A stretch of DNA of 64,000 nucleotides from Candidatus Latescibacterota bacterium (lineage in GTDB: Bacteria > Latescibacterota > UBA2968 > UBA8231), in assembly GCA_963422735.1 (NCBI GenBank), contig OY730476.1, forward strand, positions 672,001-736,000, in the 5' to 3' direction. Below, one piece after another: positions 47,535-55,373 of the stretch. Every line of letters starts with the position of its first letter. The stretch's first letter is position 1. The position numbers and the translations under genes are program-made. The notes under the pieces are model-generated. The model saw only the letters and a list, made by a program, of their open reading frames with translations, searched no databases and was not told the origin of the DNA.

Positions 47535-48596
47535 CTAGAACGAGTTCCTCGCTTCCTCAGCCTCTATTGTGACGCGTAAGCACTCATAGGGGTCGCCGTC
47601 TTCAGCACAGGCCGCAAAAATCTCCAAGGCACCGGCCAAGTCCTCGCCGCGGGCGCGATACACAGCGGAAAAAAGTGCTAGATTGGCGTTGTAGCGACGA
47701 TAAGACAGAAGCCGTGCATTGTTTAGTTCCCACTGGAGGAACCCATCGTACTGGTTGTGGGTAAACTGCGTTCTAATGAGGGCGAAATCGCGCTGGCACT
47801 GGGCAAAAACAACCTGCCTGTCGCGCAGAACAACGCTGCGGGGTAAGCCCAGCGAGTAGAGGCTGTCTAGTGCTGCCACGGTCTCGGCCATAAAGTGCCG
47901 AAAGAGAGCCGCGTCCGCTCGGTGCGCTTCGGCCTGTTGCAAGAGCGGGGTATCGGTGCCGAAGTGCCGCACCAAGAAGAGCAGGGATCCTTGGCGGCCG
48001 ACGAAGGTCGCCAAGCTCTCGTTGTAATCGGTCTGCCCTCGGGCATAGACGAGGGCGTGAGTCAGTTCGTGGAGGATTAAATCGGCTAGCTGGTCGGGTG
48101 CGTAGCCGACCATTGAGCTGAGAATTGGATCGGAGAAAATTCCCAAGGTGCTGTAGGCACTGACTGGGCGAACGATTGCGTCATATCCTGCGGCGGCAAG
48201 GGCATCGCGCTGCTCATCGGCCAAATCGAGGCGAAAGAAACCTTTGTAGGGGACCTCGCCGACGAGCGGAAAATCCCAAGTATAGGGCGAGAAGCGATCG
48301 GGCGGAGAAGCACTGACATTCCAACTGATCGGGTCGCCACCTGTATCGTAGAAGGTCGTGTAATGATCGTCTGTTTTCAGACCCACACTTTCGGCGTAGC
48401 GAAGAATGGCTTGGATTAGCTCCAGTTGCGTCCGAGTTTGCTCGGCTAAGTCGGGTCGGGCGAGGAGGGCTTGGACTGAGATGCGCTTGTACACCACGCG
48501 GCTTTGGCCGCGGGCTAGATGCCAATAGTAATTGAGATTGCAGCCACAGACGCCCAATAGGCTAAGTCCGATGAGAACTCGATATAGACGAGACAT
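47535..48596 (-). CDS. Putative zinc aminopeptidase lipoprotein (DUF2265-like)
   Basis: CGC lipobox; WDFPLVGEVPYKGFF, AYSTLG.FSDP, HELTH...NESLATFV, LNNARL. Confidence 0.85.
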   Translation of the reverse strand: MSRLYRVLIGLSLLGVCGCNLNYYWHLARGQSRVVYKRISVQALLARPDLAEQTRTQLELIQAILRYAESVGLKTDDHYTTFYDTGGDPISWNVSASPPDRFSPYTWDFPLVGEVPYKGFFRLDLADEQRDALAAAGYDAIVRPVSAYSTLGIFSDPILSSMVGYAPDQLADLILHELTHALVYARGQTDYNESLATFVGRQGSLLFLVRHFGTDTPLLQQAEAHRADAALFRHFMAETVAALDSLYSLGLPRSVVLRDRQVVFAQCQRDFALIRTQFTHNQYDGFLQWELNNARLLSYRRYNANLALFSAVYRARGEDLAGALEIFAACAEDGDPYECLRVTIEAEEARNSF

Positions 48597-48656
48597 CAAG
48601 TCGGATCGCGGCCAGCAGCCACTTGTGCGTCTTAATAGGAGAGCAAGCCAGCTAAC

Positions 48657-49142
48657 CTAGAGTTTGCCGACGATCCTTTCTCCATCGAAGACCACATTGC
48701 CTTCTTTGTCGAGGACGCGGCCGTCGCTGGTAAACTCGTACTTCATGGATTGACCCAAGGTCAGGTGGCGTTGCACTTCATCTAAGTCTTGGTATTTCTC
48801 GATAAGCTTTTCAATCGGCCCTTCAAACGAAGTCTGCTGCCACTTAGGACGATCCTTGTTGTGGGCGGCCCGCTCCTCAGCCGTCATGATGGGCAGGCGC
48901 TCGGCAGCGGGGGTAAATCGTCCGGCCATGGCCTGTTGGCGGCGATATTTCTCGTGGCGTTTCTCCGATTCGGTCAGCATTTCTTCGGGAATGGCCTCGA
49001 AGCCAGTATCTTGGTCGGCCCCTTGTTCCCGGCGTTTTTGCTGTTCTTCTTGGACCTCGCGCGAAAGGCGCTGTTGGCGCTCGTGGTCCAAGCTATTGTC
49101 GGTACCTAATCTCCGCAGTACATGTAGCGCGGCTTTGTTCAT
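48657..49142 (-). CDS. Hypothetical charged protein
   Basis: 161-aa ORF with GGAGG Shine-Dalgarno upstream; no recognised motif. Confidence 0.6.
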   Translation of the reverse strand: MNKAALHVLRRLGTDNSLDHERQQRLSREVQEEQQKRREQGADQDTGFEAIPEEMLTESEKRHEKYRRQQAMAGRFTPAAERLPIMTAEERAAHNKDRPKWQQTSFEGPIEKLIEKYQDLDEVQRHLTLGQSMKYEFTSDGRVLDKEGNVVFDGERIVGKL

Positions 49143-49218
49143 AGCGAATGCGCTGCCTCCCTGAAAATTGCGTACAGTGTGTCCAAAATTAGCTAGTGCT
49201 AGAAGATATAAGGGGGCG

Positions 49219-49243
49219 GGTGATTTGGCAAATCCAAATCACC
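49219..49243. promoter_or_regulatory. Perfect 10-bp inverted repeat, candidate operator
   Basis: GGTGATTTGG-caaat-CCAAATCACC in the divergent intergenic region upstream of mreB. Confidence 0.45.
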
Positions 49244-49344
49244 TTGGTTATTATAGATTAGGTAGTAACAGATGCTCTCTATGCCGGGGTGCTCAGAACC
49301 AAGGCTACAGAGTCGAGATTTAACTTTTTGGATGGAGATATAGG

Positions 49345-50364
49345 ATGAGTTTTTTATCGCGTTTCTTTTCGCATGAAATAGGTATAGACTTGGGCACCGC
49401 CAATACCTTGGTGTTGGTCAAAGACAAGGGAATCGTCCTCAACGAGCCCTCGGTTGTAGCCCGCCAAGTCTCCACCCAAAAAATCATTGCCGTCGGTAAA
49501 GAGGCCAAGCAGATGATGGGGCGTGAAAACGCCGGCATTCAAATAATTCGCCCACTGAAGGACGGCGTCATCGCCGATTTTGAAGTTACCGAAGAGATGA
49601 TTCGCCACTTTATCCGCAAAGTAAAAAAGACCAAACTCTTTGTGCGGCCCAAGATCGTGGTGGCGGTCCCGGCAGGCAGCACTGAAGTAGAGAAGCGGGC
49701 CGTGCGAAACTCCTGCGAGCGCGTGGGGGCCAGAGAAGTCCATCTGGTCAGCGAGCCTATGGCCGCGGCCATAGGCATGGGATTGCCGGTCGATCAAGCT
49801 GTCGGCTCAATGGTCATCGATATCGGCGGCGGGACGACGGAGGTTGCCGTAATCGCCCTTTCAGGTCTCGTCGAACACGAGTCGTTGCGGGTGGCCGGAG
49901 ACGCCATGGATCAGGCAATTATCGAGTGGATGCGCAGAAAGCACAACCTGCTTATTGGCGTCCAAGGTGCCGAGTCCATCAAATGGAAAATCGGGTCAGT
50001 GATGGAGTTGGATGCAGAAGAGAGTGTCTCGGTGAGCGGTCGCGATTCCGTAGCCGGATTACCCAAAACCTTACCGGTGGACTCAGTTGAGATAAGAGAA
50101 GCCCTATCCAGTTCCGTAACCCAAATCGTCGCCAGTGTGCTCAGAGTGTTAGAGAGGATACCGCCCGACTTGGCGGCGGATATCCTCGATAGGGGCATGG
50201 TGCTCTGTGGCGGTGGGAGCATGCTGCGGGGGCTGAAGGAGCATCTGTTTGAGAAGACGAATTTGCCTACTTATGTCGATAGTGAAGACCCCCTTTCGGC
50301 CGTAGTGCGGGGCAATGCCTGTATTCTTGAAGAGTTTGATAACTATCGCCAAGTTTTGATCTAA
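49345..50364 (+). CDS. mreB: Rod shape-determining protein MreB
   Basis: IGIDLGTANT, NEPSVVA, RPLKDGVIADF, EPMAAAIG, DIGGGTTEVA. Confidence 0.97.
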   Translation: MSFLSRFFSHEIGIDLGTANTLVLVKDKGIVLNEPSVVARQVSTQKIIAVGKEAKQMMGRENAGIQIIRPLKDGVIADFEVTEEMIRHFIRKVKKTKLFVRPKIVVAVPAGSTEVEKRAVRNSCERVGAREVHLVSEPMAAAIGMGLPVDQAVGSMVIDIGGGTTEVAVIALSGLVEHESLRVAGDAMDQAIIEWMRRKHNLLIGVQGAESIKWKIGSVMELDAEESVSVSGRDSVAGLPKTLPVDSVEIREALSSSVTQIVASVLRVLERIPPDLAADILDRGMVLCGGGSMLRGLKEHLFEKTNLPTYVDSEDPLSAVVRGNACILEEFDNYRQVLI

Positions 50365-50370
50365 TTGACT

Positions 50371-51147
50371 ATGGCCAATACCCGGGAGCTCCTCGTTATT
50401 GGGCTAGCCGTTGCCTGTGCCTTGATTTTAATGAGCTTACCTCGCCCCTATAAGGCCTACATTGCCGAACAGTGCCAAGTCGGTTTATTGGCATCAGGTC
50501 AAGCACTGTTTTCGCAAGTTATCCGCTCTGCCCGCAACGAGGAAAAGAGCCGTTTTCTCCTGACTCAAAACGCAGTCCTAGCCCTCGACAACATGCAGCT
50601 ACAGGAAGCTGGATGGGAAAATGTGCGTCTGCGCAAGGCCTTGTCCTTTCGGCCTCTAGATGGGGACACACGCGTTATTTCTGCCGAGGTGATCGGCCGA
50701 GACCCCGACCACATTTACGACACGATCGTCATCAATGTTGGTCGTGACCTCGGTGTAGATAAGGATATGCCCGTGGTAACCCCCGAAGGGCTCGTCGGGC
50801 ACATTGCCCAAGTGGGCGCATCGGACTCGGTCGTGCAGTTGTTGATGCGCACGAGGGTTAGTGCTCTCATCCAAGCGACGCGCGCCCAAGGCATTGTTTC
50901 GTGGATCGATGGCCATCGGTTCCGGTTGCGATTCGTCGAAGCGAGCAACTTGGTGCGGGAGGGCGATTTAGTCGTGTCGTCGGGGTTGGGTGGGCGCTAC
51001 CCCAAGGGCATACCGATTGGCGCGGTGGTAGAGGTTAATCAGGAGAAACGGGCCCCGGTCTTTTTGCAGGTTATCCTCAAATCGGTTGTGGATTTCTCTG
51101 TACTCGAAGCGGTTTTCGTACTCGACAAAGACCTCGGCTCGGGCTAA
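50371..51147 (+). CDS. mreC: Rod shape-determining protein MreC
   Basis: N-terminal TM, ENVRLRKAL, AEVIGRDP, GLVG, SSGLGGRYPKGIPIG. Confidence 0.92.
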   Translation: MANTRELLVIGLAVACALILMSLPRPYKAYIAEQCQVGLLASGQALFSQVIRSARNEEKSRFLLTQNAVLALDNMQLQEAGWENVRLRKALSFRPLDGDTRVISAEVIGRDPDHIYDTIVINVGRDLGVDKDMPVVTPEGLVGHIAQVGASDSVVQLLMRTRVSALIQATRAQGIVSWIDGHRFRLRFVEASNLVREGDLVVSSGLGGRYPKGIPIGAVVEVNQEKRAPVFLQVILKSVVDFSVLEAVFVLDKDLGSG

Positions 51148-51163
51148 GAGGATGCTGCTTGCC

Positions 51164-51192
51164 TTGACAGAGCATGAGCAGTGCCATATCCT
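51164..51192 (+). promoter_or_regulatory. Sigma70-like promoter TTGACA-N17-TATCCT
   Basis: TTGACA 51164-51169 and TATCCT 51187-51192 upstream of the HU/small ORF/tRNA cluster. Confidence 0.6.
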
Positions 51193-51256
51193 TTAAAACT
51201 GTTTGTTGGCGTGATAGTTAACGCGATTTCAATCCACCCAAATAGAGAGTACGGTC

Positions 51257-51598
51257 TTGACGAAAGCTGATATCGTGCGTCTAATCGCCGAGGGGACAGG
51301 GCTTACCAAGACGGATACTGCGGCTGTTGTCGAGGGCTTTATTGAATCCGTAGTCGAGGCTTTGGGACGGGAAGATCACATTGAAGTTCGCGGTTTTGGC
51401 ACCTTCAAAGTCGTCGAGCGAGCACCGCGCACAGGTCGCAATCCACGCACGGGTACCGAAGTAAGAATCGCCGGTCGCAAGGCCCCGACATTTAAGCCTT
51501 CAAAGGGACTGCGGGCGCGTGTCAATGGGGAAAACGTAGAGAACAAAGGTCCAGGAGACAAAAAAGATGCCCTGTGGCAGGAAGAGAAAGCGGCATAA
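51257..51598 (+). CDS. HU/IHF family DNA-binding protein
   Basis: MTKADIV, IEVRGFGTF, RTGRNPRTG, PTFKPSK. Confidence 0.93.
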   Translation: MTKADIVRLIAEGTGLTKTDTAAVVEGFIESVVEALGREDHIEVRGFGTFKVVERAPRTGRNPRTGTEVRIAGRKAPTFKPSKGLRARVNGENVENKGPGDKKDALWQEEKAA

Positions 51599-51662
51599 GA
51601 TCGCTACGCATAAGCGCAAAAAGAGACTGCGCAAGAATCGACACAAGAAGAAGAATATCTAG
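51567..51662 (+). CDS. AURKAIP1/COX24 (bS22/mS38-like) small basic ribosomal-type protein
   Basis: MPCGRKRKRHKIATHKRKKRLRKNRHKKKNI (31 aa); AGGAG Shine-Dalgarno at 51553; below the ORF-track length cutoff. Confidence 0.85.
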   Translation: MPCGRKRKRHKIATHKRKKRLRKNRHKKKNI

Positions 51663-51668
51663 ACTAAG

Positions 51669-51745
51669 GGGCTAATAGCTCAGCTGGATAGAGCGCCGGT
51701 CTCCGGAACCGGAGGTCCCAGGTTCGAATCCTGGTTAGCTCACCA
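51669..51745 (+). tRNA. tRNA-Arg(CCG)
   Basis: GGGCTAA/TTAGCTC acceptor, anticodon arm CCGGT-CTCCGGA-ACCGG, TTCGAAT T-loop, encoded CCA. Confidence 0.95.
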
Positions 51746-51778
51746 TTTTGTCGCCAGAGTATGGTCGGATAATTGAGT

Positions 51779-51856
51779 CGGGGTGTGGCGCAGCCCGGCT
51801 AGCGCGCTTCCTTGGGGTGGAAGAGGTCGCTGGTTCAAATCCAGTCACCCCGACCA
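51779..51856 (+). tRNA. tRNA-Pro(GGG)
   Basis: CGGGGTG/CACCCCG acceptor, CTTCC-TTGGGGT-GGAAG anticodon arm, CCA. Confidence 0.95.
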
Positions 51857-51897
51857 TTTTTATATTTTATAAGATCGCAGCTTTTGCTTGTCCATGT

Positions 51898-51975
51898 CGG
51901 GGTGTAGCGCAGCCCGGCTAGCGCACCTGCTTCGGGAGCAGGGGGTCGCCGGTTCAAATCCGGCCACCCCGACCA
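51898..51975 (+). tRNA. tRNA-Pro(CGG)
   Basis: CGGGGTG/CACCCCG acceptor, CCTGC-TTCGGGA-GCAGG anticodon arm, CCA. Confidence 0.95.
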
Positions 51976-51977
51976 CC

Positions 51978-52023
51978 AATTAAGTCCCTGTGAGCTTTTG
52001 ACTTACAGGGACTTAATTTTTTT
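51978..52023 (+). terminator. Intrinsic terminator after tRNA cluster
   Basis: AATTAAGTCCCTGTGAG / CTTACAGGGACTTAATT stem followed by a T run. Confidence 0.8.
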
Positions 52024-52035
52024 ACAATACGAGAT

Positions 52036-53127
52036 ATGGCTTTATCCATCGGCATAATCGGCTTGCCCAATGTAGGTAAATCAACGCTCTTCAACGCGCT
52101 AACAGGAGATGGAGTCGAGGTATCTAATTACCCATTTTGCACAGTGGCACCCAATGTGGGTACCGTCGGGGTCCCGGATCCGCGATTAGAGGGGCTGAGC
52201 GAGGTTATACAGCCGGAATCCACAACGCCTACGAGCATCCGCTTTGTCGATATTGCTGGATTGGTGCGGGGCGCGAACCAAGGGGCCGGATTGGGTAACC
52301 AATTTCTCGCCCATGTCCGAGACGCCGATGCCCTAGTCCATGTGGTGCGCTGTTTTGACGACGCACAGATAAGCCATGTAGATGGGGCGATTGATCCCTT
52401 GCGCGATATTGAGACCATTGAAACGGAGTTGCTACTCGCTGATCTGGCGGTCATGGAAAAGGCCGTGCCCTCTCTAGATAAAGTGGTCCGCTCTGAGCCG
52501 CGGAGTACGCGCACACACGAGTTGGCGGCCTGTGCCAAGGTCTTAGAAGGATTGCAGCGCGGAACGGGCGCAGCGGCGATGGGGTTGACTATAGAAGAAA
52601 AGGACGCGCTCGCTCCGTATCGCTTGCTGACAGCAAGGCCGGTGCTTTATGCGGCCAATATCGGGGAAGCGGAGGCCGATCCACTAGGGCCATGGGTGGA
52701 TCGACTGGTCGAGAGCTATGGAGCGGATCAAGTGCTGGTCGTCTCGGCGCAGCTTGAAGCGGAGATGGCTGGTCTGAGCCGGGAGGAGAGAGCGGAGTTC
52801 GTCAGGGAATTGGGGCTGGAGCATGGGGGGGTAGAACGATTAGTCCAGGCCGGATACAAACTGCTGGATCTGATTACCTTCTATACGCTCGCCAACGGCA
52901 AGCTGCAGGCTTGGCAGTTCCCGCGCGGGGAAAAGGCATCGCGAGCGGCCGGGCGGATCCACACGGATATGGAAAAGGGGTTTATCCGCGCCGAACTCGC
53001 CTCCTGCGATCAGCTGCTCACTATGGGTGGGTGGGCACCGCTGAAAGCGGCCGGGCAATTGCGGAGCGAAGGCCGGGATTACACCATCGCCGATGGGGAC
53101 GTCATCACCTTCCTTTTTAAGGCTTGA
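52036..53127 (+). CDS. ychF: Redox-regulated ATPase YchF
   Basis: GLPNVGKSTLFNALT, NYPFCT, DIAGLV, GLGNQFL, IHTDMEKGFIRAE, DGDVI. Confidence 0.95.
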   Translation: MALSIGIIGLPNVGKSTLFNALTGDGVEVSNYPFCTVAPNVGTVGVPDPRLEGLSEVIQPESTTPTSIRFVDIAGLVRGANQGAGLGNQFLAHVRDADALVHVVRCFDDAQISHVDGAIDPLRDIETIETELLLADLAVMEKAVPSLDKVVRSEPRSTRTHELAACAKVLEGLQRGTGAAAMGLTIEEKDALAPYRLLTARPVLYAANIGEAEADPLGPWVDRLVESYGADQVLVVSAQLEAEMAGLSREERAEFVRELGLEHGGVERLVQAGYKLLDLITFYTLANGKLQAWQFPRGEKASRAAGRIHTDMEKGFIRAELASCDQLLTMGGWAPLKAAGQLRSEGRDYTIADGDVITFLFKA

Positions 53128-53175
53128 GACTCAGAAGAAAGCGCGGAGCGCTAGGCTTAGTATAGCGGCGTTGTC

Positions 53176-53364
53176 CTAGTCGTCCTGGGGAACGCTTTTT
53201 TTGTATTTTAAAACGCGCTGGCGGTGAGATTGGGGGTTGGGGGTCAGGAAGCTATCGAGGCCAATCGGGACGCGGCTTCTCTCGTCCTCTGCGGCTCGGT
53301 CGTACGGCAGGCTCGGCTTGAGCGGCGTGCGACTGCGGCGGCAAAGACCCAACAAACGCGACAT
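53176..53364 (-). CDS. Possible small hypothetical protein
   Basis: 62-aa ORF filling part of the ychF-BMC gap; no motif. Confidence 0.25.
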   Translation of the reverse strand: MSRLLGLCRRSRTPLKPSLPYDRAAEDERSRVPIGLDSFLTPNPQSHRQRVLKYKKSVPQDD

Positions 53365-53454
53365 CGCAGTTCTGTGAGAAGTACGCTAAAAAAAGGCCAA
53401 ATGCGAGGGAGCATCAGGCATATAAAGCAGTATAAAAACAAGGAATAGAGTAGC

Positions 53455-53483
53455 TTGACTGAAGGTGTTGGGTCGCCTATCTT
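53455..53483 (+). promoter_or_regulatory. Sigma70-like promoter TTGACT-N17-TATCTT for the BMC locus
   Basis: TTGACT 53455-53460 and TATCTT 53478-53483. Confidence 0.55.
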
Positions 53484-53513
53484 CTGCCGTCTAAACAAGA
53501 GCGAAACAGACCA

Positions 53514-53807
53514 ATAGGACGCGCCTTGGGCATGATTGAAACCCTCGGCTGGGTGGCTATGGTCGAAGCGGCAGAAGCCATGGTCAAAGCCGCTGAGGTC
53601 GAGGTGGTCGGCTGGCAGCAAGTAGGCGGCGGGCTGGTCTTGGTCGTCGCCCGCGGAGATGTGGCCGCTGTGCGCGTAGCTACTGAGGCGGGTGCCGTGG
53701 CCGCGGCGAGCGCGGGTGAAATAGTCGCACTCAGTATCATTCCCCGGCCGCATGAGAGCACGGAAGCTGCGTTGCCCCTAATCCGCCCTCCGGCGACTGC
53801 ATGTTAA
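53514..53807 (+). CDS. Bacterial microcompartment hexamer shell protein (BMC-H)
   Basis: ALGMIETLG, EAAEAMVKAAEV, VGGGLVLVVARGDVAAVRVA.EAG, IIPRPH. Start unclear (ATA 53514, TTG 53526 or ATG 53532). Confidence 0.9.
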   Translation: MGRALGMIETLGWVAMVEAAEAMVKAAEVEVVGWQQVGGGLVLVVARGDVAAVRVATEAGAVAAASAGEIVALSIIPRPHESTEAALPLIRPPATAC

Positions 53808-54631
53808 TTTGGGCAAAAATCATCTTGGCAACGGCCCTGATCGGCTGGGCCGCATGGTACCTCGAACCGGCTGCCCTACTTGCGGCCGCTGGGCAGGTCG
53901 GTAGGGACAAAGTGCTTATCTGCGGGGCGATTGCCCTAGTAGGCATCGGCGTGCAGTGGATTAAGTGGCAGTTGTTGTTGCGCAACCAAATCCCCAACGT
54001 CAATGGGCAGGATGCGCTCTATTCGTTGTTGGGCGGCGCAGCCCTCGGTCTGGTGACACCCAGCCGTTTAGGTGAGCTGGGGCGCGGCGTTTTCTTGGGG
54101 CGGAGCCGGGCCAAGGCCGCGTTGCTGACGGCCGTGGACAAGCTGAGTTCGGCCGCGGTCACGTTGGGATTGGGGGCCGTAGCTGCATGGATTTTATGGC
54201 CCCATCTCAGGGGCTTTTTGCTGTTGCTATTCTGCATTCTCGGCGCGCTGCTGTATTGGGGTTGGTGCCGCCGGGAAGCGAGCGGGCCGGTTGCATGGGG
54301 GGCCATCGCCGGGTTATCCGTCTTGTTCAACATGGTATTCATGGCACAATTTTTTTATTTGGTAACCACCAGTGTGGGCACCGACTCAGCGGTTGTGTTG
54401 GCGGTGCCGGTGGTATTTGCCCTGAAAACCCTGTTGCCCTTGGGATTTTTGGATCTAGGGGTCCGCGAGGCGGCGGCCATTTTGGTATTTAGCAGCCTCG
54501 GCTTAGAGCCGCAACCCGCTTTTGTGGCCAGCATCTTGATTTTTGTCTGCAATGTGTGCTTGCCGGCTGGCTTGGGATGGCTGTGGATTGGTAGCCGCCG
54601 ACTGCGGACGATGAGAAAGGTCGCCTTATGA
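53801..54631 (+). CDS. LPG-synthase TM-domain (UPF0104) flippase-like membrane protein
   Basis: WIKWQLLL, GLVTPSRLGELGR, VDK, LPLGFLDLGVREAA. Confidence 0.8.
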   Translation: MLIWAKIILATALIGWAAWYLEPAALLAAAGQVGRDKVLICGAIALVGIGVQWIKWQLLLRNQIPNVNGQDALYSLLGGAALGLVTPSRLGELGRGVFLGRSRAKAALLTAVDKLSSAAVTLGLGAVAAWILWPHLRGFLLLLFCILGALLYWGWCRREASGPVAWGAIAGLSVLFNMVFMAQFFYLVTTSVGTDSAVVLAVPVVFALKTLLPLGFLDLGVREAAAILVFSSLGLEPQPAFVASILIFVCNVCLPAGLGWLWIGSRRLRTMRKVAL

Positions 54632-55350
54632 ATTCGGCGTATGCGATAAAAAAAGAAATATGCGAAGTAGGGCACAGAGTCTATCAGCGAGGGTACGTAG
54701 CGGCCAATGACGGCAATATCAGCGTCCGTATAGAGGACGACCTAGTGCTATGTACGCCGACCGGGGTGAGCAAGGGCTATCTGAGCGCAGACATGCTGGC
54801 CACCTGCGATATGGAGGGCCGGCAAGTAGCGGGCGCGAAGAAAATATCGTCGGAAATCCGCATGCACCTCGAAATCTACAAGTTACGGCCCGATGTCCGC
54901 GCAGTCGTTCATGCGCATCCGCCGACAGCGACCGGTTTTGCCGTCGCTGGCATTGAGCTGACTCGGTGCGTATTGCCCGAAGTCATCGTCAGCCTTGGAG
55001 GGATTCCACTCGCGGACTACGGCACGCCCGGCGGCCCCGATATCGTCGAGCCGATGAAGCCGCTTTTGCGGCAATACGACGCTGTTCTAATGGCCAATCA
55101 CGGAGTGGTAACCGTGGGCCAACACGTCATGGACACCCATTTCAAGATGGAGACCGTCGAACACTTTGCCCAAATCGCCTTGGTGGCGCACCAACTCGGC
55201 GGGATACGTACGCTTGGAGGTAAAGATGTGGAAGATCTCACAAACCTGAGGGAGCGCTTTGGAATTGGGGATCGGCCGTCCTGCGAGCCGGCCGGAGAAA
55301 GCGATATAGTCGAGCGGATTACCGAGGAAGTCCTGCGCCAACTGCGCTAG
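54628..55350 (+). CDS. Class II aldolase (fuculose/rhamnulose-phosphate aldolase-like) with C-terminal encapsulation peptide
   Basis: ANDGNISVR, TPTGVSKG, SSEIRMH, VVHAHPP, MANHGV; tail ESDIVERITEEVLRQLR. Confidence 0.88.
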   Translation: MNSAYAIKKEICEVGHRVYQRGYVAANDGNISVRIEDDLVLCTPTGVSKGYLSADMLATCDMEGRQVAGAKKISSEIRMHLEIYKLRPDVRAVVHAHPPTATGFAVAGIELTRCVLPEVIVSLGGIPLADYGTPGGPDIVEPMKPLLRQYDAVLMANHGVVTVGQHVMDTHFKMETVEHFAQIALVAHQLGGIRTLGGKDVEDLTNLRERFGIGDRPSCEPAGESDIVERITEEVLRQLR

Positions 55351-55373
55351 CTCAGGACGCGATGTGAGGAAGT

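Noticed and set aside
51779-51975. Near-identical tRNA-Pro sequences as an attL/attR duplication
   Set aside because: Both are complete tRNAs with different anticodons, and no integrase or island follows.
53224-53460. Frameshifted membrane protein or phase-variable poly-A tract between ychF and the BMC gene
   Set aside because: No recognisable homology in any frame; the A7 run alone is insufficient evidence.
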